Below, piece by piece: positions 35,449 to 47,504 of a stretch of DNA of 64,000 nt. Where the stretch lies: NCBI RefSeq assembly GCF_024521635.1, contig NW_026250426.1, positions 558,001-622,000 of the forward strand, read 5' to 3'. The notes under the pieces are model-generated. The model was not told the DNA's origin and did not search any database. It saw only the letters and a list, made by a program, of their open reading frames with translations. A program made the position numbers and the translations under genes. The DNA is from Tricharina praecox (Eukaryota). The first letter of the stretch is position 1; every line of letters begins with the position of its first letter.

Positions 35449-36494
35449 TCAAATCCCTGGGTACCATCCCGGCTGCCACCACATTACCTTCTTTTTCTTC
35501 TTCGCAACCTTGACACCGTTCCCATTCTTCTTCGCTTCATCCTCCTCCTGCTGCTTCTTCCGCCGATACTTTTCCGCCGCGTCCCTCCTCCGCTGTACAT
35601 CCCTTTTGGCCCAATTTCGGGCCATCTCGTCGGTCCGCGTCATCGTCAGCCTTCTCCAGTCCTGCACGTTGCAGAAAGTCCCCGGGCCGTGGGAGGACAT
35701 TGCCAGCTGTGTTATGCGTGTTAGTGTGTATATAGGCGTGGGGAGGAGGGAGGGAGGAGCGCGGGTACCTTACAGGACAAGTGGTTCAAGAAGGTGGTGC
35801 AGCACGGACACATCCAGTTGCGGAGCTTGCGGTGGTTGAAAATTGTCGGTGACAGAGGGGCGTGGTTGGCGTATTCAGAGTCTGGGTCGTCGGCTGAGTC
35901 TTTCGGAGGATGATACGCTTCTACCTTTACTTCTTCGGCTTTTACTTCCTCCTTCTCCGAAAGACGCAGCCGAAGACGGCGAGGAGGAGGAGGAGGAGGA
36001 GGAGGAGACGCTTCTGCCTTTACCTCTTCCTCCTCCTCCTCCTCCTCCTCCTCCTCCTCCTCCTCCTCCTCTTCCTCCTCATCCTCATTCTCCTCCTCTT
36101 CCTCCTCCTCTTCCTCTTCCTCTTCCTCTTCCTCCTCCTCTTCCTCTTCCTCTTCCTCTTCCTCTTCCTCTTCCTCTTCCTCTTCCTCTTCCTCTTCCTC
36201 TTCCTCTTCCTCTTCCTCTTCCTCGTCTTCGTCTTTGAACTCGTAGCCGATGCTATACATTGCTTCCTGCTCGTAGTCATCGCCATCATCATCTTCTTCT
36301 TCTTCCTCTGTTTTTACTTGCGGGGCTACTCCTTCTCCTTCAACTGCACATGCACACCATCCTTCCATGCCGGCCATTTCTTCCGGCGAGGGTGCGCTTG
36401 ACCCATGGCGCCTCAACTTCATCGATTCCGACCAGGAACGCAGACGACGGGGCGATGCCTCAGTAGACTCAGTAGACGATGAAGAGTAACCCAT
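35449..36494 (-). CDS. Orphan acidic protein with a very long poly-Glu tract and basic C-terminus (~327 aa; exons 36494-35769 and 35706-35449)
   Basis: A (TA)n TATA-like box lies at 36543-36554 and the start context is ACCATGG. Intron 35768-35707 (GTACCC...CTAAC...ACAG) joins ...NHLSCK to LAMSSHGPG...WWQPGWYPGI* in frame. Confidence 0.6.
36024..36224 (-). repeat. Coding GAG/GAA repeat encoding E45-N-E-D-E19
   Basis: 135 nt (36090-36224) and 57 nt (36024-36080) of Glu codons, counted directly. Confidence 0.9.
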
Positions 36495-36831
36495 GGTGAA
36501 ATCCACTGCTGTGTAGCTGCAAGACTCAACACTGACTGCGCGTATATATATATACTTTGGGAGGCACAGTTCATCATGACCGTGAATGAGGTGGATAGGA
36601 TCCTTTGATAGCGGTAGGCGAAGCAGACAGAACCCGCAAGGAGCAGAAGTTGTGATTGTACCTACGTGCGTCGAATGGAACTACGACGAGAGCGCAGTAG
36701 CCATTATTCCTCGGCCACCGCTAATCCACGAGTCTGAAGATTTCCATTGTCGCTCGTCCGCCCGCACGCTCTGCATCTTCCACCCCACGTATGCCGATCA
36801 TAAGCGGCTGCTCCAGGTAGACAGCATCAAA

Positions 36832-36918
36832 GGTGGGATGGCCGAGTGGTCTAAGGCGCTGGTTTTAGGAAATAATCACCAGTCAGAAATGGCGCGGGTT
36901 CGAATCCCGCTCCCATCA
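36832..36918 (+). tRNA. tRNA-Leu (anticodon TAG) with a 7-nt intron at 36870-36876
   Basis: Acceptor stem GGTGGGA/TCCCATC+A; D arm GCCGAGTGGTCTAAGGC (A box); anticodon stem CTGGT/ACCAG with loop TT-TAG-G-[AAATAAT]-C; variable arm TCA-GAAA-TGG; T arm GCGGG-TTCGAAT-CCCGC (B box); TTTT terminator at 36927-36930. Confidence 0.95.
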
Positions 36919-37444
36919 ATACATCCTTTTGTAGTTTGTCTTGCGGCCGCGGACTGCTGCCTTTTTTGTTCTCGCTGGGATGCTGACTAGCTCGTGAAGA
37001 TTTGGGGTTAATGGGACGATCTAGGCGTGCCGACTGCAACTCATTCGGCACGATCCTCATCACGGCGCATTCTCGCCGATGGATGGAGCGGGCGAAGGTG
37101 TCCGCGTGACCTCCCCCCCGACGCTATGCACCGGTTTAGATATATGCAGTCGGTACCACCTACTCGGACTCGGCTGTGGCCGATGATGTAGTCGGTGTGT
37201 ACCTCCCACACCGAGGCGTTGCAACAAAGAATACATGGAAAATTTCGAATCCCGCACTATAACCACACAAAGCCAGGCACATATAGGCTCGGAAAGAATG
37301 ATGACTTGCGCAAGTCTTTTTTTGTGATAAACAGACTAAATAACAAAGGAACGTACATAGAATAAGAAAGAAAAACCACCACCACCACTACCACTTCTCG
37401 AGTGAGATCACGTGACGTCACGGGCCACGGACCATGGTACCCGC

Positions 37445-38407
37445 TTACACGCAGGTGCTCCTCCTGGTCACGGTGCTGTCGTACTTGCAGTACGTGCCGT
37501 CGTTACCTGCGCCGGTCTTGACCGGCTCATCGCCGTTGCTGTTGCCCGTGAAGCGCTGGCAGATGTCGGTGACGCCGGCGGTGCAGGTGTTCGAGATCGT
37601 TGCGGTGTCTATCACGTTCATCCATCCATATCAGCACCATCATCCATCATCCATCAGTTTCCAGAGAGAAACCACGCACCTCCGTAGTTAGTATTAATAC
37701 CCGCGAGGACACTTCCGGTTTGTGCGACGACGCCAGTAGCGATGAAAGTCCTCTTGACCTGCGAGCTGCAGTTTCCGCAGGACCTGTAGAGCTTCCCGAA
37801 GTTGCTCACGAAGAAGTCGGTAACGCTGACCGTGCCGCCGCCGTTGTGCTGGATCACCTTGTCGGCTGCGTTCCGTGCGCCGCCGCCAATGATGTACGAC
37901 GTCCCAGACGACTGCTTGATCGTTAACGCGTCCTCGCATACGTCCTCCCACCAGACGTTCTTGATCGTGCAGCTAGAGACCGCGGAGGGAGGTTAGCGGG
38001 GTGAAAAGGGGGAGGGGGAGCGGGGGGGAAGGAAAGAGGGGGACTCACGGCCCGAGACAGTGCACGCCCTCGGTCTGCGCCGCGCCAATGATCACATTCT
38101 GTAGCGTGCCGCCGGACTGCACGTGGAAGACAGCGTCGGCCGTGCCGCCCTCGCCCGCGTTGCAGCCGTCTACACCCAAGGAGTTAGTATATAGATAAAG
38201 GGTGTGCCACCGGGAGAGAGAAGGGGTGGTGTGGTTACTGTTGCGCTCGAAACGCTTCATCCCGCCGTCGTAAGTGCCGGAGACCACGATGGGCGCTGAG
38301 AGCACGGTGCTGCCCGCTGCCGCTGGGAAGACCGTAGTGGCCGCGCCGGAAACTGAGGCGCTGAAGATGGCGAGCGAAAGCAGGAGGAGGGTGGTGAGCT
38401 GCGTCAT
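37445..38407 (-). CDS. Secreted pectate lyase, polysaccharide lyase family 3 (~248 aa; exons 38407-38239, 38169-38049, 37972-37680, 37608-37445)
   Basis: Signal peptide [23 protein letters not shown]3 motifs [55 protein letters not shown] and [10 protein letters not shown]. Three canonical introns of 69, 76 and 71 nt. TATAAAT on the minus strand at 38514-38520. Confidence 0.95.
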
Positions 38408-39578
38408 GGTTGTGCGATGGATATTCGAGTGAGTGAGTGAGCGGGGAGAAGTGAATGAGTGCTTTGCTTGGTGGCTGATCGAAAGCTGTGGATGTTCGAG
38501 GGGTGGATATGGAATTTATACAAAGCCTCTGCACGATAGCCAATGGCTATAAGTTATATCCATCCTCCAGCCAGCCTGAGGAATTATTCCACTCAATCGA
38601 CCAAACCCCAATATCGCCCTCACTTCGCACCGCTTTCCACCGAGCGCCCCCCAGGTACTCCCGCCGATTCCGAGGAGTATTGAGTGCGTGTTTCATCGCG
38701 GCTGGATCTAGATCTTGGCCTACACTACCCACCCTACCCTACATGTTGCTGGGGGGGGGAGGGGGGAGGGGGGAGGGGCTTGGCCGTGGGGATTTAGGCG
38801 ATCAAAGTAGCGAAACGTTAATGTTAATCTAACAGCTGCGCGCGCAGTATATACATTCTCCGTACCTTGTATGTAAGAGTGAATATGGGGTACATATATG
38901 TACAGGTAGTATAGGTATGCACCCAGCCCCCCAAGCCCCCGGGTCCGAAATTTCGAAGGACCGAGTGGCATATATGTCCGACCACATTTTCTGCATGCAC
39001 AGGAGATTCGGGATCCTAAGGGAGCGAACGAACGAACGGCCCGGGATCCGAGTGTTGACGGATGGCATGGGGGATAGTGGCAAAAAATGCAGTTGCATTG
39101 GAGAGTGCATGCGAGGCGAGTGTTGGCGGGTGATGCCACATGGTCCGAACTGTCGACGGCCGGCGGGTACGAGAAACCCCGAGATCGAACAAGTTTGAGC
39201 GGGGACGGATCTGGGAGTTAAAATTTCCGGCGAGCAGTACTTACAATATATTTATGGAGTGTGCATACCTAGGAGAAGGCTGTTTCCGTTGTCAAGTGTG
39301 TACATACCTCAGCCCACATAAGAACCGTAACACTCCGGCACTCGGCCTTGCGCGAACCGAATCATGCGTCGGGGATGCCGATGAAGACAGTATAGCCTAC
39401 TAGTATATGTATAGGTAGGTCGGATTCTCACCAAGATGACAGCCTGAGTGCTCCTACATACACTCCGTACTTCTAGATCTGGTCCACCTGTCAACGTTTA
39501 AATTAACACCGGTGTCCATCGGTGTCCGTGGGCAACCCGTGATCGCGGCTGGACACTCTAGGGTGCATCCCGCGTAGA

Positions 39579-39644
39579 GTGTGTAAAGTGTGTAAAGTGT
39601 GTAAAGTGTGTAAAGTGTGTAAAGTGTGTAAAGTGTGTAAAGTG
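39579..39644. repeat. (GTGTGTAAA)7 perfect nonamer tandem repeat
   Basis: Read directly; intergenic between the divergent pectate lyase and thioesterase genes. Confidence 0.9.
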
Positions 39645-40062
39645 CTCGCTCATGCAGCAATAAGTAACGATGCGAACAGCTGTGCGCCACAGACATGTCA
39701 GCCACATACGGTTCGTACCAACTCGGCCGGTAACAACCACCACCACCACCACCACCATCGGCCACTCCAAACAGTATAGATGTGTCTCCTGTTGATTCCG
39801 TCTGATTTATCTGTGGTGAGGCCAGGTCTCCGTTCAGTGTTGTTGCGACGACGATTGTTGGCCTGTGATTTGTTGTGGTTCTGTAGCCCCTGATTTAGCG
39901 TTGTCCGGATCAATACACGCACATGCAATCCCACCCCCCCCCCGGCCGATCGCGTGACAGTCCATGAACCTCGGTCCACTCCGTCGACTAGGTAACTGAA
40001 GTTCCCCCAACTCCAGCTTCACCTTCAACCACGCCACCACACAGATATATTCTACAGCAACC

Positions 40063-40857
40063 ATGTTCCGCCCGCCACTACTCGCCGCCCTCCGCGGCGC
40101 CCCACGACGGCACTCCAGCACCCTCGCCGCGCGCCCCGCCGCGCCCCTGCGGCCCCTCCGCGTGCTCCTCGCCGCGACCTCCATAGGGCTGCTAACGTTC
40201 ACCTTCGGCGCGGCCACGCTGAAGAGCATACTCCCTGGCACCGGCCCAATCGACGGCTCACCCCTGCACTCGCACGACTCGCCCTTTAACCTCCCCTCGC
40301 TCACCACGGGCGCATCCGTTCTCGCGCGCAACGCTACCTACCAGCGGCTGCTAGCATCCGACGAGTGGACCTTGATCCCGGACGTCGCCGAGTCACTCCC
40401 CCTCCACGTGCGCGCGACCAAGCTGATGTCCGGCGCGCTGCGCGGCCACCGCAAGATCACCGCCAATGTGAGGTTTGTGCATAAAGACGGACTGCGCGCA
40501 GTGTCCCTGCTGCGACTGGGGAATGCACTCTGTGGACACCCGAATGTGGTGCATGGAGGTGTGCTGGCGACGGTTGCCGATGAGGCGCTGGGGAGGTTGG
40601 CGATTGCGCAGTTTCCGGACGGGGGAGGGGTGACGGCGAGGTTGGTCGTTAATTACAGAGCTCCCGCGAGGGCCGTCGATGATGTGTTTGTGTGGGATGG
40701 CGTTAAAGTGCTGGAGGCGGAGGTGGTCGAGGTCGGCGAGAGGAAGGTTACCGTTAGGGGCATACTGAAGGATGAGGAGGGGAAGACGCTGCTTAATACT
40801 GAGGCGCTGTTTGTCGTGCCGAAGGGTTGGAGGCCGAGACCGTTGGTGGAGCATTAG
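40063..40857 (+). CDS. HotDog-fold (PaaI/4HBT-type) acyl-CoA thioesterase, probably mitochondrial (Fmp10-like), 264 aa
   Basis: Motif LCGHPNVVHGGVLATVADEALG, then GVTARLVVNYRAP and EALFVVPKGW. The N-terminus is Arg-rich and acid-free, like a presequence. Single exon. Confidence 0.88.
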   Translation: MFRPPLLAALRGAPRRHSSTLAARPAAPLRPLRVLLAATSIGLLTFTFGAATLKSILPGTGPIDGSPLHSHDSPFNLPSLTTGASVLARNATYQRLLASDEWTLIPDVAESLPLHVRATKLMSGALRGHRKITANVRFVHKDGLRAVSLLRLGNALCGHPNVVHGGVLATVADEALGRLAIAQFPDGGGVTARLVVNYRAPARAVDDVFVWDGVKVLEAEVVEVGERKVTVRGILKDEEGKTLLNTEALFVVPKGWRPRPLVEH

Positions 40858-43229
40858 ATCATAGAGGAAGGGAGGGATAGACGAGTGATACCTGTGTAGA
40901 CGGATAGAATAGAGTTGCTTGTTTTTGTTCCTGGCATGGTCCGGCACAGCATACGAGTGGACAAATCTGAGGCCATCGAGAAAGCGATCACGATAAAATA
41001 TTGTTTCTTTGTTTGATCATCATTCAGTATCTAGAATATGGCGGCGTACTTTTTATCCCTTTCCCCAGGTGCAGTCCAAATGCCTGGCCCGATACAGTTG
41101 GGCCACCGGGCTCGGTGCAGCGTCCTGATTACTCAACCCTCCGCATGTGCGCCACGATCATTCGACGTATGTACATAGGTGGTACCTATCAGCACAACCT
41201 TCGGCCATTCCGAGTACCATCGCCGTGAAGCCTGTATGTACCTATCCGTTTGACATGCATCCCCGAGTGCCTCCCCATGAACACACACTCATACCATTCC
41301 ATCCATTCTCCTGCCGATCCACCACGCCACGTGCACCTCGTCTCCAGAGTCCCGAGTCCCGAGTCCAGAGTCCTCGTCCCAACCAGCTGCGTCAAAGGGC
41401 AGCACGCACCAGCACGGAACATACCCCCGTCCCCCGTCCCCGTCCGCGTCCTGCTTTTATTTCCCGGCGGCGGCCGTCCCCACGCCTGGCGCCAAACACT
41501 TTCTGACGCACGCACGCACGTCGAGGGAGGGGATCGCCGCGCGCTCCACAGATCCCACATCCCACATCGCCGTGATCGGCACGAGCAAAAAACCGGCTGG
41601 GGGAGGGAGAGAGGGATCACAAGACTGCGTGGGGTGGGTTGGGTGGGTTCACTGGGTGGGAGATGACGCCTCATCCACACGCCACACTTCGGATCGGCAT
41701 GTGCGAGTACTGCGAGGTGCTAGTGGGTAGGCATCATCCCTGCCTACTTGCTTGCGCGAGACAGGTTGCGCGATGACGTTGGTTATGACGGCCGAGTGCG
41801 GGACGGGGAAGGAGATGGGAAAGGGGGAGCGGAGGAAGAGCAGTGCTTCGAGGATATCATCAATGGAGACAGATGGGGCTTCGCTCCGCGGACTCTACAT
41901 ACGGAGGTGAACGGTAACTGACAACTGACAACTGTGGCTAAGGCCGCCGTGGGCCTTCAGCTGCGAGGCACCGCGCGCACCTCTGCTCTAACCAACCACC
42001 ACACCTGTCGCGCGGTGTCGAGGCTCTGCGGGCGATTCTTCCCTCACCACCACCACCCCACTCCCGCTCCCGAACAATTCCAAGGGCTGTACTGCACTCT
42101 ACCCACTCCCGCACTCCCGCCCGAAAACACTCGAACACTCAACCAGATGAGTAGGTAGACAGGTATGCGCGCCTGTCCCGTTGCGATGATGGCTGCGGTG
42201 CTCGACGTTGCCAATCACTCTCGCGGGCGGGCTGAACATCCGCGATCCGAAATATCGAGAGCTCGATCGCGGTTGGTCCGGGAGGATGGGGGGAGGGACG
42301 GAGTGGACGTCCTCATGATGCTGGCCGAATCGGTTCATGATCGCGCGTGGGCGGGGTTGCGGGGTTGCACAAACGTGGAACGGGGCGGTTACCGGACTGC
42401 GAGATTCTGCGAGAGTGTTGCGCCTGTGCCTGCGGTGACCAAACTAACCGGGAGATTGGTTTATTAGGCACTTTGTTTTTCTGGCGAAGGCTCGTCTTGT
42501 CTTGTCGCCATTGCCTTGGTTTGTGCACCACCGTACCGGTATCTAGAAGAGTACTCTACCTACGGAAACACTCCCAGACTGCATCTATCCCACCACCCTC
42601 ATATTCATTTCATACGCACACTCACACGCACACGCGCTCCCCACGACTGTCGCTCCGAGTCTACTTCTCGCCGGTCCTAGTCTACAAAGAGAAACAAAAC
42701 AAAACAAAACAAAACAAAACAAAAGAAAAGAAAGCAAAAAGGTCTTTGTTCTTGTTGTCCCGTGCGTGCGTGCGGCCGTCATCGTCCAATATCGCCTTAT
42801 ACAGGTGAGTGAATGATTGATTGACTGACGACGACGACGACAGAGCTCACACGACCAGTCTGGAGACATTCCAGAAAAATAATAATCTCGCATCGTCGGA
42901 CGAGCTGGGAGCTGGTTATATTAGAGCGGGTAGACGTCGACGTGCATACATTGCTGCTCCATCCATTACTGGAACATAGAGCACATACTACCTCATCCCC
43001 ATCTTTGGCACCCGGCACTTTGGACGGACGAGTGCCTACGACAGACCCCTTCCCCCACCCTCCAGATCGTTTCGCTTTGCTTTTGCGATTTGTTGCAGTC
43101 GAATCGCGAGAGAAGAGAGAGGACAAGAAATCGGATCACCCAAACCCCCAGCAACAGAGAGAGAGAGCGCCGTCATCGATACCGACACCCACCCTCCATA
43201 GATACCCAGAGGCGGCCTCGCGAGCGAGC

Positions 43230-46200
43230 ATGTCCTCACCCACCAGCCCCACCACGCCGCTAATGCCGCTCCGCTCCTTCCTCAAGTCCAGCAATAGCAA
43301 CAGCGCCGGCGCCGCCACCGAGTCCAGCACCTCGGACCCGCCGCCCTCCCGCCGCCGCTCGCTCGTCAATGTCCTCCGCAAAACCGTCGAAAAGATCTCA
43401 GGCACTGTTGCGGGCTCTGCAAGCCCGCGCGGCGTCGTCGCCGCCGCCGCTGCTGCTCCGGAGCCTAGAACTCCTGTAAGTGGACTAAAAAACGTCACCT
43501 CTCCAAACAAGCAAGCAAGAGCGGGAACTAACTAATGCGCGGGGGGCGCACCAATAGGCCCTCGAGCAACTACCAGCGCTCAAGAAGGAGCTCGTGATCC
43601 GCAGGCGCAATGAGGTCATATCGCCGCCTCCGCCGTTGCCTCCTGCGGCCCCTCCATCCCCCGCACTGACACTGTCCCCGGCGCCGTCGCTACGCACCGT
43701 CGCGAAGAAGATGTCGGAACCATTGGACAACGACGAGCTTGCTGTGTTTTTTTCTGGGGCGCCACAGTTCTCGCTGGTGCATCTCGACGACGAGGAGGAC
43801 GACGACGACGAGTTCGCGCTGCAGCCGAAAGTGACGTTTCCGTTTGGCGGGGGGAGTGATGAGGAGGCGGATCTGCGCCCGCCTGGTCATGCCGCGTTCG
43901 CGCTGTGTATGGCCGCTGAGGAGGAGGCGATGGTCGTTAGGGAGGTGCCCCCCATGGCCTCGTTTGTGGGATGGGAACCCGGTACCGTCGGCTGGGAGTA
44001 TTTCCTCATGTTGCCGGCTGGGGATGCGGATCGCGATCAAGAGCAGGACGAGTTCGAGGGGAATCTTGATGAAGGCGGGAGGGAACGGGGTGGAGGGGTA
44101 AGGGAGAGGGAGAGGGGGAGTGTCAGGAGTGTTGAGGTGGGGTATATCGTCGAGAGGCTGAAAGAGCTGGGGGCTATCTGGCAGGCAAAGAAGAGGAAAC
44201 GTAGGGCGCAGCAGATGGGACGTGCCGTCTTCGAAGAAGAGTCGGAGGATGACGATGAGAAGGGAGGGATCCCTACGTCCGTCGAGATGTACACGCATCT
44301 GTTTACACACCTGCTGTATCCGCCGACAAGGATCGCGACGGAGGACTATGCTGATCCGTACAGCCTGAAGGTGCAGATCATGGCGCTCATCCACGCCCTG
44401 GGGAAGAAGGTATGGCTGGACTTCAGCATTGTGCGGTGGCGGATCAAGTTGGGACAAATATTGTGGGGCGATATCGCCACGACAGCAGCTATGGAAGACG
44501 ACCAAGACGGCGAGGAATACGAGGAGTGGGAGGCGACTACGAAAGAGAGCGAGAGGGTTTGGCTGCTGCTGCAGATCTTGCTTGCGTGCGAACTTCTGGT
44601 GCGGATGGACACGGTGCTCTCGGACGAAGAAGATCGGAATCGGCGCCGTGCTTCGGTGCGATCGAACCAGCCGCCCCCAGAATCGAAAGAGCAGATGCTT
44701 CAGCGCTTCCGTCACGAAGGAGGACGTAAGGTTCAGTGGGACATCGTTCTCGCTCGCCGCTGGCTCGACAATATCCGCATCGAAATGGACGCGCTGAGCC
44801 CCAAAGCTTCGCCCGTCGAAAAGGAAACGGAGAAATTGTCTTTCTTGGCTCCTCCGAGTCGCTGGTTCGGTATCGCCCAAACGCCGCCTTCGCCCGAGCA
44901 CTCCGACCCCTCGACTCCTGATCTGAGCGAGGTGGCCGACGCGCTGCTGCTTCCTCGACAACCCCGCCGACAGGTGGAAGGACTTTTGCACTTCGCCAGG
45001 AAACTGCATTGGCCCAACCTCGACTCTCTAGCACAACAGGTGATCTCGAGAGCTCCAGCTCCGGGCACCCCCTCCTCCGCTAGTGCACTGGGAACACCTT
45101 TGGCGTGCGGAACTCCTCTATCGACAGCGGCAAGTTCGTATTTTCCAAGTCCGATGCCGCGGCCAAAGAGACTACGAGAAATCACCTCCGAGGTCGCACC
45201 CACCCTCCACCGCCAAAAGTCAGCCAACCTCACCGTCCCCTCCGTTTCCGGATGCGGTGGGTGGCTATCCCGGAGTTACCTCACCGGCTTGGTTCTTCCC
45301 GGCGAAGGCCTGAACCACCTGATCATCTCGACGCTGCTGGAGAACGATCCGGCGGCGGTCGAGGTCCTCGGCTTCAACGCGAATCTTTACGGTGGCTTCC
45401 AGTACCTTGGGAAAACGTGGTGGAGCCGCTACTGCATCGTCGGCCGTGTGATGGCCGGTTTCGACGGTGCTGGGGAGGAGAGCGGGTGGGTCGGTCCCGT
45501 GAAGGGCAGTGGCGTTTCGATCGAGGGCGGAGACGAGGACGTCGTTGTCGGAAACATCCCGGACGGCTGGATCGACGTTCTCACGCAGCCTTCGCCCGAT
45601 AGCAAATCCCCGCGTGCCCTCGAGGCGAAATCGGTCGAGCGGGATTGCGACATCCGTGGGCGGGGATGGAAGCGAGGAACCAAGCCGAAGGAAGACGCAT
45701 TCGTCACCGTCGACATCGGCGCCGCCGCCGCAGACGCGGATTTAGATGTGCAAATCAGGGGGCTCTACTTCAACCCCGTCGAGCAGCCTTCGCCTTCGCC
45801 GCAAACCCCGACGGACGAAGACGTCGACGAGCGCGAAGCCGAAGCCGAAGCCGAGGCCGAAGCGGCCGACCTCCAGCCGTACGAAGTAGCCGCACACATC
45901 CTCGTCGGCCCCCGTGGCGGCAAAAAGCTGCTCAACGTCCTCGAGCTCAAATACGACGTCAGCTTCGTCTCTGCGTGGCCGTGCTTCCCCTCATCGCACG
46001 GGCAGGGACATCTGCTCCATCGCAGCTACGGCTACACTTGCTTACGCATCGAGGACCTGCCCGGCTTCCATCCGGATGACGACGAGGAAAGAACGCTCGT
46101 CGTAAACACGTGGTCCCCCGCGCAGCGCGTGCTCCTTTATGCTTGGTGCGCGCATAGGGGACGCTCTGCGGTTGTGGCCACTAGGGGCAGGACCTGTGTT

Positions 46201-46257
46201 GCCTGCGCGGTTAGGGAGGCCGCCGCGCTGGCGCTGGGCGTGGTGGTCGTCGTTTGA
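43230..46257 (+). CDS. Uncharacterised filamentous-fungal protein (~981 aa; exons 43230-43475 and 43558-46257)
   Basis: 2.7-kb open frame with coding-like codon use. Intron 43476-43557 (GTAAGT...CTAAC/CTAAT...ATAG) is in frame. Globular-looking blocks: FFSGAPQF, WLLLQILLACELLVR, SRSYLTGLVLPGEGLNH...NLYGGFQY..KTWWSRYCIVGRVMA and AWCAHRG...TCVACAVREA. Confidence 0.85.
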
Positions 46258-46481
46258 TTGTTGCGTTTGCTTGCTTGTCGTATGGGGGGTATTATGGAGT
46301 TATTGATTGATTGGTTGATTGACGATGATGGTGATGATGACTGGACGGACGTTGCTTCTTGTACTTATATGAGATTTTATTTGGCTTTGGCTGCGGTTGC
46401 GGTTGCGTATATGTTACATTGTTACATTGTTATATTTGTTATATGATATCTTGTGCGTGCGTGCGTGGTTCTTGTTTGGCA

Positions 46482-46540
46482 GATTGGCGGATTGGCGGAT
46501 TGGCGGATTGGCGGATTGGCGGATTGGCGGATTGGCGGAT
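46482..46540. repeat. (GATTGGCG)7 octamer repeat (tandem CCAAT on the minus strand)
   Basis: Read directly; lies between convergent 3' ends. Confidence 0.9.
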
Positions 46541-47504
46541 CCACTTGACAGAGCGGAGGGAGGGGGGGGGGCGATTGGAGGTTAATTGGGTTAATGGGGT
46601 TGATGAATGTATTATTTGCGTGCTGGACTGGACTGGGCAGGACTGGGCAGGACTGGGCTGTATGTACTGTATTATTTGGAATAAAATGTCATGGACCGGA
46701 ACCGGATGGAGTGGTGATCAAAACAAAATCCTCAACGCGATGTGGGAGGAGCTCTTGGACAGTTGGCAGGTACGATTTCGCACTCTAGCTCTCCCTGACC
46801 GGGGAGGAGGAGGAGGAGGAGGAGGAGGAAGAATCCAAGCTGTCGCAACCCCCCGCTGCTCCGTGGTTCTCGGGTGCTTCACATGTCATCACCCGATGAG
46901 CGAGTGACATCACATGCCTCGGCCGCAGCGACAAGCCTCAATAGCGACTCTCAGCGGCGATTCAATTCCAAGCACCTCCTCCCCAGCTTCCCTCCTCTCT
47001 CTCTCTAGCTGTCCCTTCTTCCTCCCAATTATCAATCGATGATAACCCCCCCGTTCTTCCGCTTCTTTCCTCCCTCCTAGAGTATGTATGTACGTACGGC
47101 CAAGATCTCCAATCACTTTCGCACACATCAATCTCATTCCATTCCATTCACTTCGCTAGAACAAGAACAAGAACCAGTATAATAGAGGCCAAAAAAGGGT
47201 TGCAGGAATCGAATCGCAACGGTCCAGAAAGAAAAAGAAGAAAAAAAAGCACTACCAACTCCGAACGAACCACAACCACAACACGCAGTACAAGACGAGC
47301 AAAACACGGGGGGGAATAGGTACCAACGTATGTAGGTATCGGGACCAAAAATCAAGTCAACATATAACTCCAACAAAGGAAAGGGAAAGGGAAAGGGAAA
47401 ACGATCATGAAAAAATGAAAAAACGAAAATACAAATTTGTAAAAATACACCGCCCCAATGAAAGAAAGGGAGGAAGAAAGGGAGAAAGAAAGAAAGAAAG
47501 AAAA

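Noticed and set aside
38170..38238. In-frame, stop-free first intron of the pectate lyase
   Set aside because: Short 3n stop-free introns are expected by chance and no functional consequence is evident; kept only as a control for the mcrA case.
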